DNA from: the human T2T-CHM13v2.0 reference genome, Homo sapiens
DNA length: 64,000 nt
Strand: one strand, 5' to 3'
Assembly: GCF_009914755.1 (NCBI RefSeq)
Contig: NC_060930.1
Below the pieces are notes generated by a model. That model was not told the origin of the DNA and searched no databases. It saw only the letters and a program-made list of their open reading frames with translations. Each line of letters opens with the position of its first letter. The stretch's first letter is position 1. Positions 50,162 to 64,000 of this stretch are shown one piece after another. The position numbers and the translations under genes are program-made.

Positions 50162-50221
50162 CTTGGTTCAGAGCAGCTATGTTAGAACAGTCTTGGTTCA
50201 GAGCAGCTATGTTAGAACAGT
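50162..50221 (+). repeat. Perfect 30-bp tandem duplication
   Basis: cttggttcagagcagctatgttagaacagt x2. Confidence 0.98.
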
Positions 50222-50987
50222 AAAACTTAAAGACAATCTAAATACACACCAACAGGGAAGTGGCTTAATGTCTGGCATATTCATAATTAGTACACTGGTA
50301 ATTAACAAGATGACTTAGATCTAAATGTATTAACACACAAGGATCACTGTGGCATTCCAGGCTGTAAAAATCATGTTGCAAAACAGATTTCTATTACAGA
50401 CCAATTTATGTTAAACATTTTCCAGTATGTGTATATGTAGAAAAAAAGTCTTGAACAATATTTACCAAATAATATAGGAAAATTGGCTAAGAAGAGGGGA
50501 TCAGTTATGAGATAGTGAGTAGAGGAATGAAAGGGAATTATAGGCTTTTAACCAAATTCCTTGGTAGTATGATTTTATAAGCACGTGTTCATGAATAATA
50601 AATATATTAAAAATAAAATATTTTGTTTCTCCTTTATGAATATACTAACATTGCACATTCTTATTACATTGTTATTTTGAAGGAAATATCAAATATGTAA
50701 TTTGGCATAGACATAAAAGTGAAAACATTCCCAATAATTGTCTTTGACTAGTATAATCATAACAACTTCCTATTTTCTTGAATTTTGCATTTTTATGATA
50801 AGTATTAGAATAATGCATATATTGAAGCAGTTCTCTTATTCTGTCTTAGCTGAGGTCTCAAAGACCAAAATCCCTTTCCAAGTGCTGCACTACTTATGCG
50901 GGATATGCTGAGATTACAAAATCCATTTCAGCCAATATTAATCCATCTTCCATATTGAAGTTATAAAATAGTAGAGGTGAAATAAAA

Positions 50988-51130
50988 CAATGCTCTTAAA
51001 CTTTAATTTGTGTACAAATCACTTGGGGATCTTGCTAAAATGCATTAGATCTGAGGGGAGACCTGAGATTGTATAATTTCAACAATTTCTTAGGTCATAC
51101 TGCGGCTCCACAGACCATACTTCAAGAGTG
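50988..51130. mobile_element. MER5-family relic
   Basis: aatcacttggggatcttgctaaaatgca...cctgagatt...cagaccatactt. Confidence 0.7.
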
Positions 51131-51391
51131 AAAGGGAAATTTAAGAATAATTTTTGGTGTGCTCTGTGGAGAATAAGAAGAGTGCTTCCTTTTTATATTA
51201 AGTCCAGGGACAGAGGCTGCAAGATGATCACTAAAACAGCATGACATAGATCTCATGGAGTTAAGGGACGAAAGCACAGGACTCTGACCTATATCTTAAA
51301 AGTCTGAAGAGAGAGGCTCTGACTATATTGCTTTAGGCTGCCAAGACACGGCTGCATGAACAGCAAGTGGCACTTTCATTAACTTGGAAAA

Positions 51392-51502
51392 TGTTTGTTT
51401 TCTGGTGTCTAGCTGTGATACCTGTCAATCAGAGCTGGCCTGGAGTTATCTTAAAGACCCTCCTCCAAGAGGGCCACGTGGATGAGCTAAGCAATGAGTC
51501 AT
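51392..51502. promoter_or_regulatory. Candidate enhancer: FOX-like, PBX/MEIS decamer, GATA, E-box and AP-1 motifs
   Basis: tgtttgttt 51392; ctgtcaatca (TGATTGACAG reverse) 51422-51431; ttatct 51446; cacgtg 51475; atgagtcat 51494-51502. Confidence 0.35.
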
Positions 51503-52259
51503 AAGCAATCAACCAGAAGGATTCTTCAATCATGTTCTCATAACAGAAAAATTAGTTTTCAAATATGCCACTTCTCAGGCATTCCAATGCCCCAGAACAA
51601 CTCTATCAGTGACATGAATCTGTGCCTTTTAACCTAAATCTTCTTTCTTAAGGGCAGAAACAAGGGCTGGTGAATCTGGAAGGAGGTCAAATGAGGGACG
51701 GGGAACTACCCATCTACTTTTTTACCTGAGGTAAACTCAAGCTCAGAGATGAGAAAAAATTTAACTTGGATGTTACAAATTTCAGTTATCACACTAAAAC
51801 ATATTCTTTAAGATTTTTGAAGTGACCAGACAACTTTCATTATTTAGATGGACTGGGAAAGCAATGGGACTTACACAAAATTTCATTCCAGGGGAGAAAG
51901 GAATTGTTAAGCAAACTTAATAGAAAAAAAAGAGTTTCTGTTGTTATCCTCATGTGTGTTGTGCCTTCAAAATAACAGGTCATAATATATATTACATTTA
52001 TAAATCTTTATGTAAAATAGTTATGTTAGAATACTATAAAATATTTCCAAGTGTATGTTCTAGGGGTCTTGATAACATATTAACAGTTGTACTTTGTGAA
52101 AGATGTATTAAAATACAGTATTATCAAGGCCATTTTTAAATTGAGTATTTGAGAAAAATTATCTGCAAAATTGCAAACTTTTTAGAATGTTCTCCCACCT
52201 CAACTCAACCCCTTTACTCCCAGCCACTTCCTTTTCCCAGATCAAGAGGCATCCACAGA

Positions 52260-52640
52260 AGCCATCTTCATTTATAACCAATCATTCTGATTGTGGCTAA
52301 TTGCACAAGGGATGGAAACTTGATCCTAACTGGTTTAATCAGAGTCCCTTCCACTGGAATTTAGAATTTAGTCAATGAGAAAAAGAGAGAGAAAGAGAGA
52401 GAGACAAAGGGGGGCTGGTAAATGGATCTATAATATGTAAACTTGATGGCAGTCACATTTCACTAAGTCATTTGAGAGAAATGACACATAGAGAAGGCAG
52501 AAGAGAGAGATGGACACAGAAAGTATGCAATCTGGTTTCTCAACAATTAATGCGTCCTCCGCAAGAGCAGTGGCTTTTGCTTATGCTACCGCAGTTAATT
52601 TATATGAATTATAACCAAAATAGTCTTAACTAATGCATAG
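52260..52640 (+). mobile_element. Ancient ERVL/MaLR-type LTR relic
   Basis: gggatggaaacttgatcctaactggtttaatcagagt; 3' end taaccaaaatagtcttaactaatgca. Confidence 0.5.
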
Positions 52641-53099
52641 AGATAATGGATACATTGAAATTAAAGGAAGTGCGAGGTCTCAAAGACCAAGGATTATATA
52701 TGCAAAATGAAAGCTATTTGTAAAATGAAAGTACTCATTCTTAATTTAAAGGTGTGAGCTATATAGTTTTAAAGAAAATGTTTTTTGGTTCAAAACTGTA
52801 ATATTGGGGTGTAAGAATATTACGTAAAAGAATCCATAAGGTATAGAAAAACTCCAGTTTTCAGCAATACACTCGATCTCCCAGAGCAATTGTTCACTTT
52901 CTGAAGCACATCTTCCAGTTTCAGAAGGAAACAGACACTGTTGCAGCTCAACCTGACATGAGACCTGCATAGTTTCATTTTCCTAATTTGGCGGGACCTT
53001 TGAAGAAGATTTAATTTCTCATTTAGCTATAGACTTTTATTTTCTAAATAAGTGTCATTTCATCCACTCCTCTTCATTTCACCTGTCTCCACCATGATC

Positions 53100-53700
53100 C
53101 ATGATAATTTAACTCATCCTAACTATGCTAAATCCCTCAGCAACTGCCCAGTGTTCTTAGGATAAAAATAAAAATTCCTTGCATAATCCATAGAGACATG
53201 GCATCATCTGGCCCTACCAATTGCATCTAATATTCTCCTGCTCACTTTATAGAGTTACAGCTTCTTTAATAATCTTTCAGTTTCTTAGGCATTTCAGCTG
53301 CTTAGGACACAAGGGTTTTACATAAGCATTTCCCCTTCTTTATGACACTCCTACCTCTCTCCTTCAAACTGTCATTCTCACTAATACTTCCAAACTCATC
53401 TCAAAAATTACCATTGCTAGAAAGCCTTCCCAGACCACCACTCCCTCATCAACATAACTGTTTTCCCTATTCCTGCATGCTTCCATTAAATATTTTTATT
53501 CTATTAGATTATTTATTGCATTTATAAACTCCTCTTCCATAATGTGAATATTTGAATGTTATGTGCTACCACTTCCTCCCATAATAGAAGGAGAAAATGT
53601 ATGTTTTCTGCTCTTACTCTTCATTGCTCATTTTTGTATCCCCAGTGTTCTAACATAGTACCTAGAGTTAAATTTATTAATAGATTAATACAAAAACTAA
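53100..53700 (+). mobile_element. L2 relic
   Basis: aggataaaaataaaaattcctt; gaaagccttcccagacc; tgtatccccagtgttctaacatagtacct. Confidence 0.7.
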
Positions 53701-56313
53701 ACAAATGTGGGTTCAGTATTTAGAAAAATCAATTTTATTGAGATACAATTTATATACAATAAAAAGCACTCTTTCTAGGAGTTGGTTCCACATTTTCTAG
53801 ATGTTAATTATATTGAACTGAGATTTAAAAGGGAAAATAGTACTTTAAAATTTCTTCACAGAATTTCATCATAAAACCACAGGTACTCTGATTAGAGATC
53901 AGGATTTTACAATCAATGATATTGGCCTAGAATAGAAAAATTAGGACAAAGCAATTTCATATGATGTAGATTCCTATGGTAAACTGCCATGTTTCCTATC
54001 AACAGATTTATTAGGTAATATGACAGATTATGTAAAACAAAAGCTATTTATAAAACTAAAATACTCAATTTTTCATTTAAAACCTCAAAATAAAAGTGAA
54101 TAATATTTGTGAATAAGAAATGAATACGTCTACCGAGCATGCAAAATCATAGATAAATGATAAAATATTATAGATAATAAAGTGCCTAAGAAAAGGACCA
54201 TGGTATTCACTCTAGTTTTTTATAATTATTATTCCTAAAAGTTTTTAACTATAAAATATGTCTGGAAATAAACCAAAATAGTGTAATCATTTTGTAAAAA
54301 TGGAAGTCCTTGTAGGTAATATGATTACATGCTTAGGACATGCATTAAAACTAGTTTATATGTTGTTACAATAAATAAAGTGATTAAACAAATGTGCTAT
54401 ATATTATATCAGTGTACAAAAATTAATAGTATCATTATGTATACTAGTAATAACCATTGGGAAAATAAAAAATAATAACCCATTCACAATAACAACACAC
54501 CTGTGAAACACCCAGCAATACCTGTGTGAATTAAGAGAACATTGGCAGTAGCCTGACAGTACTTCCTGTGGGCCTGTGATGGTGGTAGCCATAGGGTGTG
54601 GCTGTTCTACCTTTGGAAAGGGTAAGACGGAATTGAAAGTACTGCATTTCATGGTTTGCATCAGCACACCCACAGTACAGTAGAACACAGGGTAGACTTC
54701 TAAGGTTTTGACTGCATCCCTGGCTCCTAGACAGCACCTCTGGACTCACCTAGGGCCTGGGGGAACTTGCCAACCTGAAGGGAAGAACGAAGCCCCGCTG
54801 GCTTCTCCACATGCTGATTGTAAAGCCCCAGGGCCTTGAGGAAACATAAGCAATAGCTAGGTAGTAGTTACAGCAGGCCTTGGGTGAGGCCTGGTGCAGT
54901 CCTGGCTTCAGGTCTGTCCGACCAAGCACAGACCCAGTGGTGGTGGCCACAGGGTGCTCGGGTCACTTCACCCCCAGCTCCAGGTAGTTCATAATGAGAG
55001 AGAGATTCTATTAGTTTGAGAGAAAGTACGGAAAGAAAACAAGTTTCTGCCTGGTAATCCAGAGAATTCTTCCAGATATTATCCAAGGTCAACAAGGTGG
55101 TGCCTCTACAAGTCTGCAAGAGCCACAGTGTTAGTAGGCTTGGGTAACCACATGTTAGTAGGCTTGCCCCTTAATGCAGATATGACTTAGATCACAATAC
55201 TCAAGATCTTTCAAATATCTAGAAAGTCTTCCCAAAAAGGATTGGTACAAACAAGCTCACACTGCAAAGATCACAATAAACACCTAACTGTTCAATGTCC
55301 AGAAACTGACAAACATCCACAAGCATTAAGACTGTCTAGAAAAACATGACCTCTTGAAATGAACTACATCAGGCACCAGAGGCCAATCCCAGAGAGACAG
55401 AGATATTTGACCTTTCAGACAGATAATTCAAAACAGCTGTTTTGAGGAAACTCAGTGACATTCAAGACAACGGAGAAGGAATTCAGATAGGAAGTGCACA
55501 GAAAAACAAAGAATATTATAAAACTGTAAATGTTGTGTGTAAACTACTCTTAAGTAGAAAGACTAAAAGATTATTCAATCAAGAATAATAACTACAACTT
55601 TTCAAGACATAGGCAGTACAATAAGATATAAATAGAAACAACAAAAAGTTAAAAAGTAGGGGGATAAAGATAAGGTGTAGAGTTTTAAAATTAGTTTTCT
55701 AATGGTTTATTTATGCAAATAGTATTAAGTTGTTATCAGCTTAAAATAATGTGTTGTAAGATACTATTTGCAAGCCTCGTGGTAACTTGAAATAAAAAAA
55801 ATACAATGAATATATAAAAAATGAAAAAGTAAGAAATTAAATCATAGTAGGGAAAATTGCCTTCACTAAAAGATATAGGAAAGAAGAAAGAGAAGACCAG
55901 AAAACAAATGACAAAATGGCAGGAGTAAGTTCTTACTTAACAACATTGAATGCAGATGAACTAAACTCTCCAATCAAGGATGCAGACTGGCTGAATGGAT
56001 ATAAAAAGAAAAGTCAATGATATGTTGCCTTCAAGAAACACACTTCACCTATAAAGACACATAGACTGAAAATAAACAGATTGAAAAAGATAGTTCATGT
56101 CAATAGAAACCAAAAAAGAACAGGAGTAGCTATACTTAAGGCAGATGAAATAGATTTCAAGACAAAAACTATAAGAAGAGACAAAAAAAGGTCATTATAA
56201 ATGATAAAGGGGTCAATTCAGCAATAGAATATAACAATTTTAAAAATATATGTGCCCAGCACTGGAGCGCTGAGATAATAAAGATAATATTATTAGAGCT
56301 AAAGAAAGAGATA

Positions 56314-56618
<305 letters not shown>

Positions 56619-57171
56619 GAAAGGTAAGACTTCAGTACAATAATAGCTACAGACTTCAACACCCACTTTAAGCAGCATTGGATGGATCTTCTAAACAGAA
56701 AATCAACAAAGAAACACTGCACTTAATCTTATATATAGGATAATCAACCAAGAAACATTGGACCTAATCTTAATATAGACCAAATGGACCTAACAGATAT
56801 TTACAGAACATTCCATTCAATGGCTGCAGAATACACATTCTTTTCCACAGCACATGGACCATTCTCAAGGATAGACCATATGTTAGGTCACAAAACAAGT
56901 CTTAAGACATTCAAAAAAACTGAAATTATATCAAATATCTTCTCTGACTATGATAAAATAAAACTAGAAATCAATAACAAGAGGAATTTGGGAAACAATA
57001 CAAACACATGGAAATTAAACAGTATGCATCTGAATGATCAGTAGGCCAACGAAAAAATTAAGAATGTAATTGAAAATTTTCTTGAAACAAATGATAATGG
57101 AAACACAACATACCAAAAAATAACAAGGGTTTTAATGATATGAAAAACTCATTTAAGAAGTAGAAAACCTA

Positions 57172-57445
<274 letters not shown>

Positions 57446-57600
57446 TTACTGGAAAAAATAAATGTCATTGAAGGATAATATTTTTCTTTTACTATATATG
57501 ACAATTTCATATAAAAACAAATCTCAAACATAAAATGCAAATATTGCACATTGTTAAACATACTCAACTTGAAGATACTGAACAGAAAAAAACAGTTTTG

Positions 57601-57741
57601 GGCCAGGTGTGATGGTTCGCACCTGTAAGGCAAACACTTTGGAGGCTGAGGTGGGAGGATTGCTTAAGCCCAGGAGTTCAAAGCCAGCCTAAACAACATA
57701 GTGAGACCTTGTCTACAAAAAAAAAATTAAAAAAAAAAAAA
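57601..57741 (+). mobile_element. FLAM-type Alu monomer
   Basis: Single left arm with ggaggattgcttaagcccaggagttc followed by an A tail. Confidence 0.85.
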
Positions 57742-60700
57742 CCCTGAAACCCTAAGTGACACAGCAAAAGCAGTATAAGAAGGAAGTTTATAGCTATACG
57801 TGCCTACATCAAAAAAGAAGAAAAACATCACATAAACAAACTAATGATGCATTTTAAAGAACTACGATAGCAAGAGCCAACCAGACTCAAAATTAGTAGA
57901 AGAAAAGAAATAATCAAGATTAAAGCAGAAATAAATCTGAAATGAAGAAAATAATATATGAAATCAACAAAACAAAAAGTTGATATTTTGAAAAGATAAA
58001 GAAAATTGATAAAGCTTTAGTTAGACTGATTAAGACAAAAAGAGAGAAGACCCAAATAAATAAAATCAGAGATGAAAAAGGAGACACTACAACTAATACT
58101 GCAGAAATTCAAAAGATTATTAGAGGCTACTATGAACAACGTATATGCCAATACATAGGAAAATCAAGAAGAAATGGATAAATACCTAGACACATACAAC
58201 TGACAAAGATTAAACCATGAAGAAATCCAAGGCTTTATCAGACCAATAACAAGTAATAAAATTGAAGCTGTAATAATAAGTCTCCCATCAAAGAAAAACC
58301 CACGCCCGATGGTTTCACTGCTGAATTGTAGCAAACATTTAAAGAACAATTAATATCAATTTTACTCAAACTATTATGAAAAATAAAGATGGAGGGAAAA
58401 CTTCCAAGCTCATTCTCTGAGGCCAGTATTATGCTGATACCAAATCCAGACAGAGACACAACAGAAAAAGATTATAGGCCAATATCACTGATAAATATTG
58501 ATGCAAGGATCCTCAACAAAGTACTAGCAAACGAAATTTAACAACACATTAAAAAGATTATCCAACTTGACCAAATGGGATTTACTCCAAGTATGCAAAA
58601 ATGATGAACATATGCACATCTATCAATGTGACACATCATATCAACAGAATGAAGGACAAAAACCGTATGAGCATTTAAATTGATGCTGGAAAAGCATATG
58701 ATAAAATTCAAATGATTTCATTTAAAAAACTCTCAAAAGACTGGGTATAGAAGTTATTAATACATTTCTCAACATAATAAAAGACACATAGCTAGTATCA
58801 TACCAAATGGGGAAAAATAAAAGCCTTTTCTCTAAGGTCAGGAACATGACAGCATGTCCAGTTTCACCACTGTTATTCAACATAGTACTGGAAGTCCTGG
58901 CCAAAGCAATCAGGCAACAGGAAAAAATAAAGGCATCAAAATTATTCTTGTTTGAAGATGGTGTAATTCTCTTATATTTGGAAACAACTAAATACTCCAC
59001 ACAAAAAAACTATTCGAATGGATAAATGAATTCAGCGTGGTTGCAAGGTACAAGATAAAAATTAAAAAATCAATAGCAGTTTGATATGTCAGAGAGATAA
59101 CAATTTGAAAAATAAATAATTCTACTTACTTTGCAATAGTTACAAAGAAAATAAAATACCTAGGAATTAACTAACCAAACAAGTGAAAAGTCTCTAAAAT
59201 GAAAACTATAAAATATTGGTTCAGGAAATTGAAGAGGACACAAAAAAAAGGGAAAATATTTTCCAATAGAATAAGTAGTACTGGTAAAACATGCACATTT
59301 CCAAAAGCAGTCTACAGAGTCAATGCAATCCCTATCAAAATAGCAATGACATTCTTCACAAAAATAGAAAAATATCCTAAAATTTATATAGAACCACCAA
59401 AATTCAAGAATAGCCACAGCTATCCTAAGCAAGCCAAACAAAACTGAAGAAATCACTTTATCTGACTATAAATTATACTGCCAAGCTATAGTAACAAAAA
59501 CTGCATGGTATTTCTATAAAGACAGACATATAAATCAATGGAACAGAATAGAGAACCCAAAGCTAAATCCATACATCTCATTTTTGACAAAGATTCCAAT
59601 AACATATATTAGGAAATGGACATCTTTACCAAATGGTCTGGGAACACTGGATATCCATATGCAGAAAAATGAAACTAGACTCTTATCTCTAACCATGTAT
59701 AAAAATCCAATCAAATGTATTAAAGACATAAATGTAAGACCTCAAACTATGAAACTACTATTATACAAGAAAGCATCAAGGAAACTCTCCGGGGCATCTG
59801 TCTGGGCAAAATTTCTTGAGTAATTCTCTACAAGCAAAAGAAACCAAAGCAAAAAAGGGACAAATCGAATCATATCAAGTTAAAGAACTTTTGTATGGCA
59901 AAAGTAACAATCAACAAAGTGAAGAGACAACCCACAGAATGGGAGAAAATATTTGCAAACTACCCCTCTGACAAGAAATTAATAACCAGAATACATAAGG
60001 AGCTCAAACAACTATATAGAAAAATGTCTAATAATCCAATTAGAAAATGGGCAAAAGATCTGAATAGACAATTCTCAGAAGATGTACAAATGGAAAACAG
60101 GTATGTGAAAAGGTGTGCAACATAATTGATAATCAGAGAAATGCAAATCAAAACTAAAATGAGATATCATCTCACCCCAGTTAAAATGGCATGTATCCAA
60201 AAGACAGTCAATAACAAATGCTGGTGAGGGTGTGGTGAAAGGAAACCCTTGAACACTGTTGGTGGAAATGTACCTAAGTAAAACCACTACAGAGGAACCA
60301 CAGTTTAGAGGTTCCTCAAAAATCTAAAAATAGAGCTACCATATGATCCAGCAATCCCCCTTTTAGCTATATACCCCAAAGAAAGGAAATCAATATATTA
60401 AAGAGATATCTGCACTCCCATGTTTAGTGCAGCACTATTCACAATATTCAAGATTTAGAAGCAATCTAAGTGCCCATCAATCAACGAATGGACAAAGAAA
60501 ATGTGGTACATATATACAATAAAGTAATGTTCAGCCATAAAAAAGAATGAGATCCAGTCACTTGCAACAACGTGGATGGAACTGGAGGACATTATGTTAA
60601 GTGAAATAAGCCAGGCACAGAATGACAAGCATCACATATTCTCATTTATTTGTGGAATCTGAAAATCAAAACAATTCAACTCACGGAGACAGAATAGCAG

Positions 60701-61384
60701 GATAGGTACCAGAGGCTGGGAAAGGTAGGGGAGGGGGATGTAAGGAGGAAGTGGGAATGGTTAGTGGGTACAAAAATAGAAAGAATGTGTAAGACCTACT
60801 ATTTGATATCACAACAGGGTGACTATAGTACAAAACTATTTAGTTGTTCATTTTAAAATAACTAAAAGGGTATAACTGGGTTGTTTATAACATAAAGGAT
60901 AAATGCTTGAGGTGATGGACAGCCCATTTATCCTGATATGATTCTTAAACATTGCATGCTGATATCAAAATATCTCATGCAACCCATGAATATATACACC
61001 TACTACGTACCCACAAAAATTAAAAAATAACCTGCTCAAGCATTCTGACAGTATTTTATGAAGAAAAGTATAAACCCATGTGAGCATATATAAAAGAAAA
61101 AAATAGAGAAATATACCATGCTCCTAAACAGAAAAAAAACTTGAAAAATATTAATTTTTTCCTGATTAAATTATAGATTTAGCAGATGTGGGAAGAAAAA
61201 TATTCTGAAACCCATCTGTAAATAAAAATGAGAATAAGATATTTTTAAAAGTTGATATATGAAGGCTGATTGTATTATACAAATAAAACAGTATGAAACT
61301 ATAATTATTAAATCAGTGCACTTTACAATACAGATATTGATCAATAAAATAAAGTAAAACATGTTTTTTTTAAGTAAACATTAG

Positions 61385-61696
61385 TGTTATTGGTTGAATT
61401 GCATCCCTCTCAAAGGACATTGCAATTCTTATCCTCAATAACTATGAATGTGACCCCATTTGGAAATAGGGTATTTAAAGAGGTAATCAAGTTAAGCTGC
61501 ATTTATTAGAGCAGGCCCTAATCCAATATGATTAGTGTCCTTATAAAACGTGAAAATTTGGACACAGGAAAATGATGCAAAGACACAGTGAAAATGCCAC
61601 CTGAAGGTGAAAGATTGAGTGATGCATCTACAAGCCAAGAAATGCCAAAGACTACAGGCAAAACACCAGAAAAAAAGGAAAAAGCAAAGAAGAACA
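61385..61696 (+). mobile_element. MLT1B/C-like LTR fragment
   Basis: gaatgtgaccccatttggaaataggg; ggccctaatccaatatga; gcatctacaagccaaga. Confidence 0.85.
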
Positions 61697-61719
61697 CTAA
61701 TGTTTACTTTAAAAAAAAC

Positions 61720-62940
61720 ACTACCTAGTAATGGGATCTCTAGGTTGAATGGTATTTCTGTTTTTAGGTCTTTGAGGAATCATCACACTGTATTCCACAA
61801 AGGTTGAACTAATTTAAACTCCCACCAATGTATAAGTGTTCCTTTTTCTCCACAACCTTTCCAGCATCTATTTTTTGTCTTTTTATTAATAGCCATTCTG
61901 ACTGGTGTGAGATGGTATCTCATTGTGGTTTTGATCTGCATTTCTGTAATCATCAATAATGCTGAGCTTTTCTTATGTGCTTGTTGGCTGCATGTATCTC
62001 TTCTTTTGAAAAGCATCTGTCCCTGTCCATGGCTCACTTTTTTAAACTTTATTTTAAGTTCATGGGAACATAGGCAGGTTTGCTAAATGGGTAAACTTGT
62101 GTCATGGTGGTTTGTTGTACAGATTATGTATGGGTTGTTACTCTCTATGTGCCCATGTGTTCTCATCATTTAGCTCCCACGTATAAGTGAGAACATGCAA
62201 TACTTGGTTTTCTGTTTCTGCATTAGCTTGCTAAGGATAATGGCATCCAGCTACATCCATGTCTCTGCAAAGGATATAATCTTGTGTTTTTTTTATGTCG
62301 GCATAGTATTCCATAGTGTATATGTACCACATTTTATTTTGCTCACTTTCTAATGGGGTTGTTTTTTCTTGTAAATTTGTTTTAGTTGCTTATAGATGCT
62401 GGATATTAGACCTGTATGAGATTCATAGTTTGCAAAATTTTCTCCCATTCTGCAGGTTGTCTGTTTATTCTGTTGACTGTCTCCTTTGCTGTGTAGAAGC
62501 TCTTGAGTTTAATTAGATCCCATTTGTCAATGTTTGCTTTTGCTGCAATTGCTTTAGGTGTCTTTGTCATGAATCTTTTGCCCATTCCTATGTCCAGAAT
62601 GATATTGCTTAGGTTGTCTTCCAGGGTTTTTATAGTTTTGGGTTTTACATTTAAGTCCTTAATCCATTTTGAGTTAATCTTTGTATATGGTATAAGGAAG
62701 GAGTCCAGTTTCAATCTTCTGCATCTGGCTAGCCAGTTATCCCAGCAACATTTATTGAATAGAGAGTCCTTTCCCCATTGCTTGTTTTAGTCAGGTTCAT
62801 GGAAGATCCGATTTTTGTATCTGATCTGATAGTGTGCAGCCTTATTTCTGGGTTCTCTATTCTTTTCCATTGGTCTATATGTCCGTTTTTGTACCTGTAC
62901 CATGCTGTGTTGGTTACTGTAGCCCTGTGGTATAGTTTGA
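61720..62940 (-). mobile_element. L1PA-type ORF2 3' fragment containing a nested L1 3'-end insertion (62041-62340)
   Basis: ORF2 peptides in ORFs 61783..62037 and 62406..62714; TSD gctcacttt at 62032-62040 and 62341-62349. Confidence 0.85.
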
Positions 62941-63085
62941 AAAAACTTATTTTAAATATGCTAATTATTTCACTATTTAATGAAGCACTGCCCAACCATA
63001 CAGTTAAATGAAATAAGATATATATATGAAATTGAATATTTAAAACCAATAACTTATTCATTCAACAATGATTTATTATATATGT

Positions 63086-63390
63086 GGCCGGGCACAGTGG
63101 CTCATGCCTGTAATCCCAGCACTTTGGGAGGCTGAAGTGGGCAGATCACTTGAGATCAGGAGTTGGAGACCAGCCTGGCCAACATGGTGAAACCCCATCT
63201 CTACTAAAAATACAAAAATTAGCCGGGCGTGGTGCCACATGCCTGTAATCCATACTGGGGAGGCTGAGTCAGGAGAATTGTCTGAACCTGGGAGATGGAG
63301 GTTGCAGTGAGCCAAGATCGCAACACTGCACTCCAACCTGGGTGACAGAGCAAGACTCTGTCTCAAAAAAATAATGCTAAAATAAAAAAA
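63086..63390 (+). mobile_element. AluSx/Sz-like, inserted in an L2 relic (~63050-63930, minus strand)
   Basis: Full dimer; flanks contain attcattcaacaa and other L2-like sequence. Confidence 0.93.
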
Positions 63391-64000
63391 TTATTATGTA
63401 CTATGCATCAAACATTGGTCTAGGTTCTCTTAATTGAGCAGTCAATAAAACAAGACTCTACTAGAATTTTGGGGGGTGTGTGTGTCTAAAATCAGGGAAA
63501 AAAGTAGACTATAGGAAAAGAAATACTTATCATAGGTAATATGAAGAAAACCAAGTAAACTAGGAATATACACAGTGATGGAATGAGAAACTTTATTTAG
63601 ATAAAGCTTCTTAAAGGATAGGCTTTCTTATGAGCTGTTATTAGAACAGACACTCGAATTAAGAGGGAGAGCAAGCCATATATACACTAAGAGAAAGGGC
63701 ACTGTGAGCAGAGGGGATGGCAAAGGGAAAGACCCCAAAAGAAAGAGGTGTTCTTGGCATGGTCGAGAAAGAACAAGTAGGTATTGGCTGGCTGGTGTGG
63801 AGTGAGTGAGAAGAGAGTGGGAGAAAATAAAGTCCCATGGTAAGCCAGGATCATTTATCTCATTGCCAGTAAGATGAAAACCCACTGCTTAATAAGTTTT
63901 AATAACAGGGGTGATTTGCTACTAAGGGTAAAACTTGGAGATATAAAATCAAATAAAAATAATTAAAATACATATAAACAAAATTGTCTCAACTATGTTT

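Overview
Primate (probably hominoid/human) AT-rich genomic DNA made up mostly of nested transposable elements: L1s of several ages (L1PA3-like, L1PA4-like, L1PA13-16-like, L1PB-like, L1MA2-like, ancient L1M/HAL1), Alus (J, S, Y, FLAM), MIR and L2 relics, DNA transposons (MER20, MER5, Tigger3b) and LTR elements (solo ERV LTR, LTR16 with ERV3-16A3-like internal sequence, MST, MLT1). I cannot identify any intact protein-coding gene, RNA gene or CRISPR array. Most ORFs in the track are L1/Alu-derived or chance ORFs. I found no convincing new gene system. The most interesting signals are structural: (1) a ~187-bp copy of sequence from 7.5 kb upstream inserted into an L1 with microhomology at both junctions; (2) an unexplained inverted-repeat pair about 1.1 kb apart; (3) a twin-primed, inverted young L1 with a 17-bp TSD; (4) a foreign flank+FLAM segment inside L1 ORF2; (5) a few candidate exons, the best at 8803-8895 (+); (6) a compact PBX/MEIS-GATA-E-box-AP-1 motif cluster. 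Subfamily names come from recalled consensus features, not a RepeatMasker run, and boundaries of old elements are approximate.
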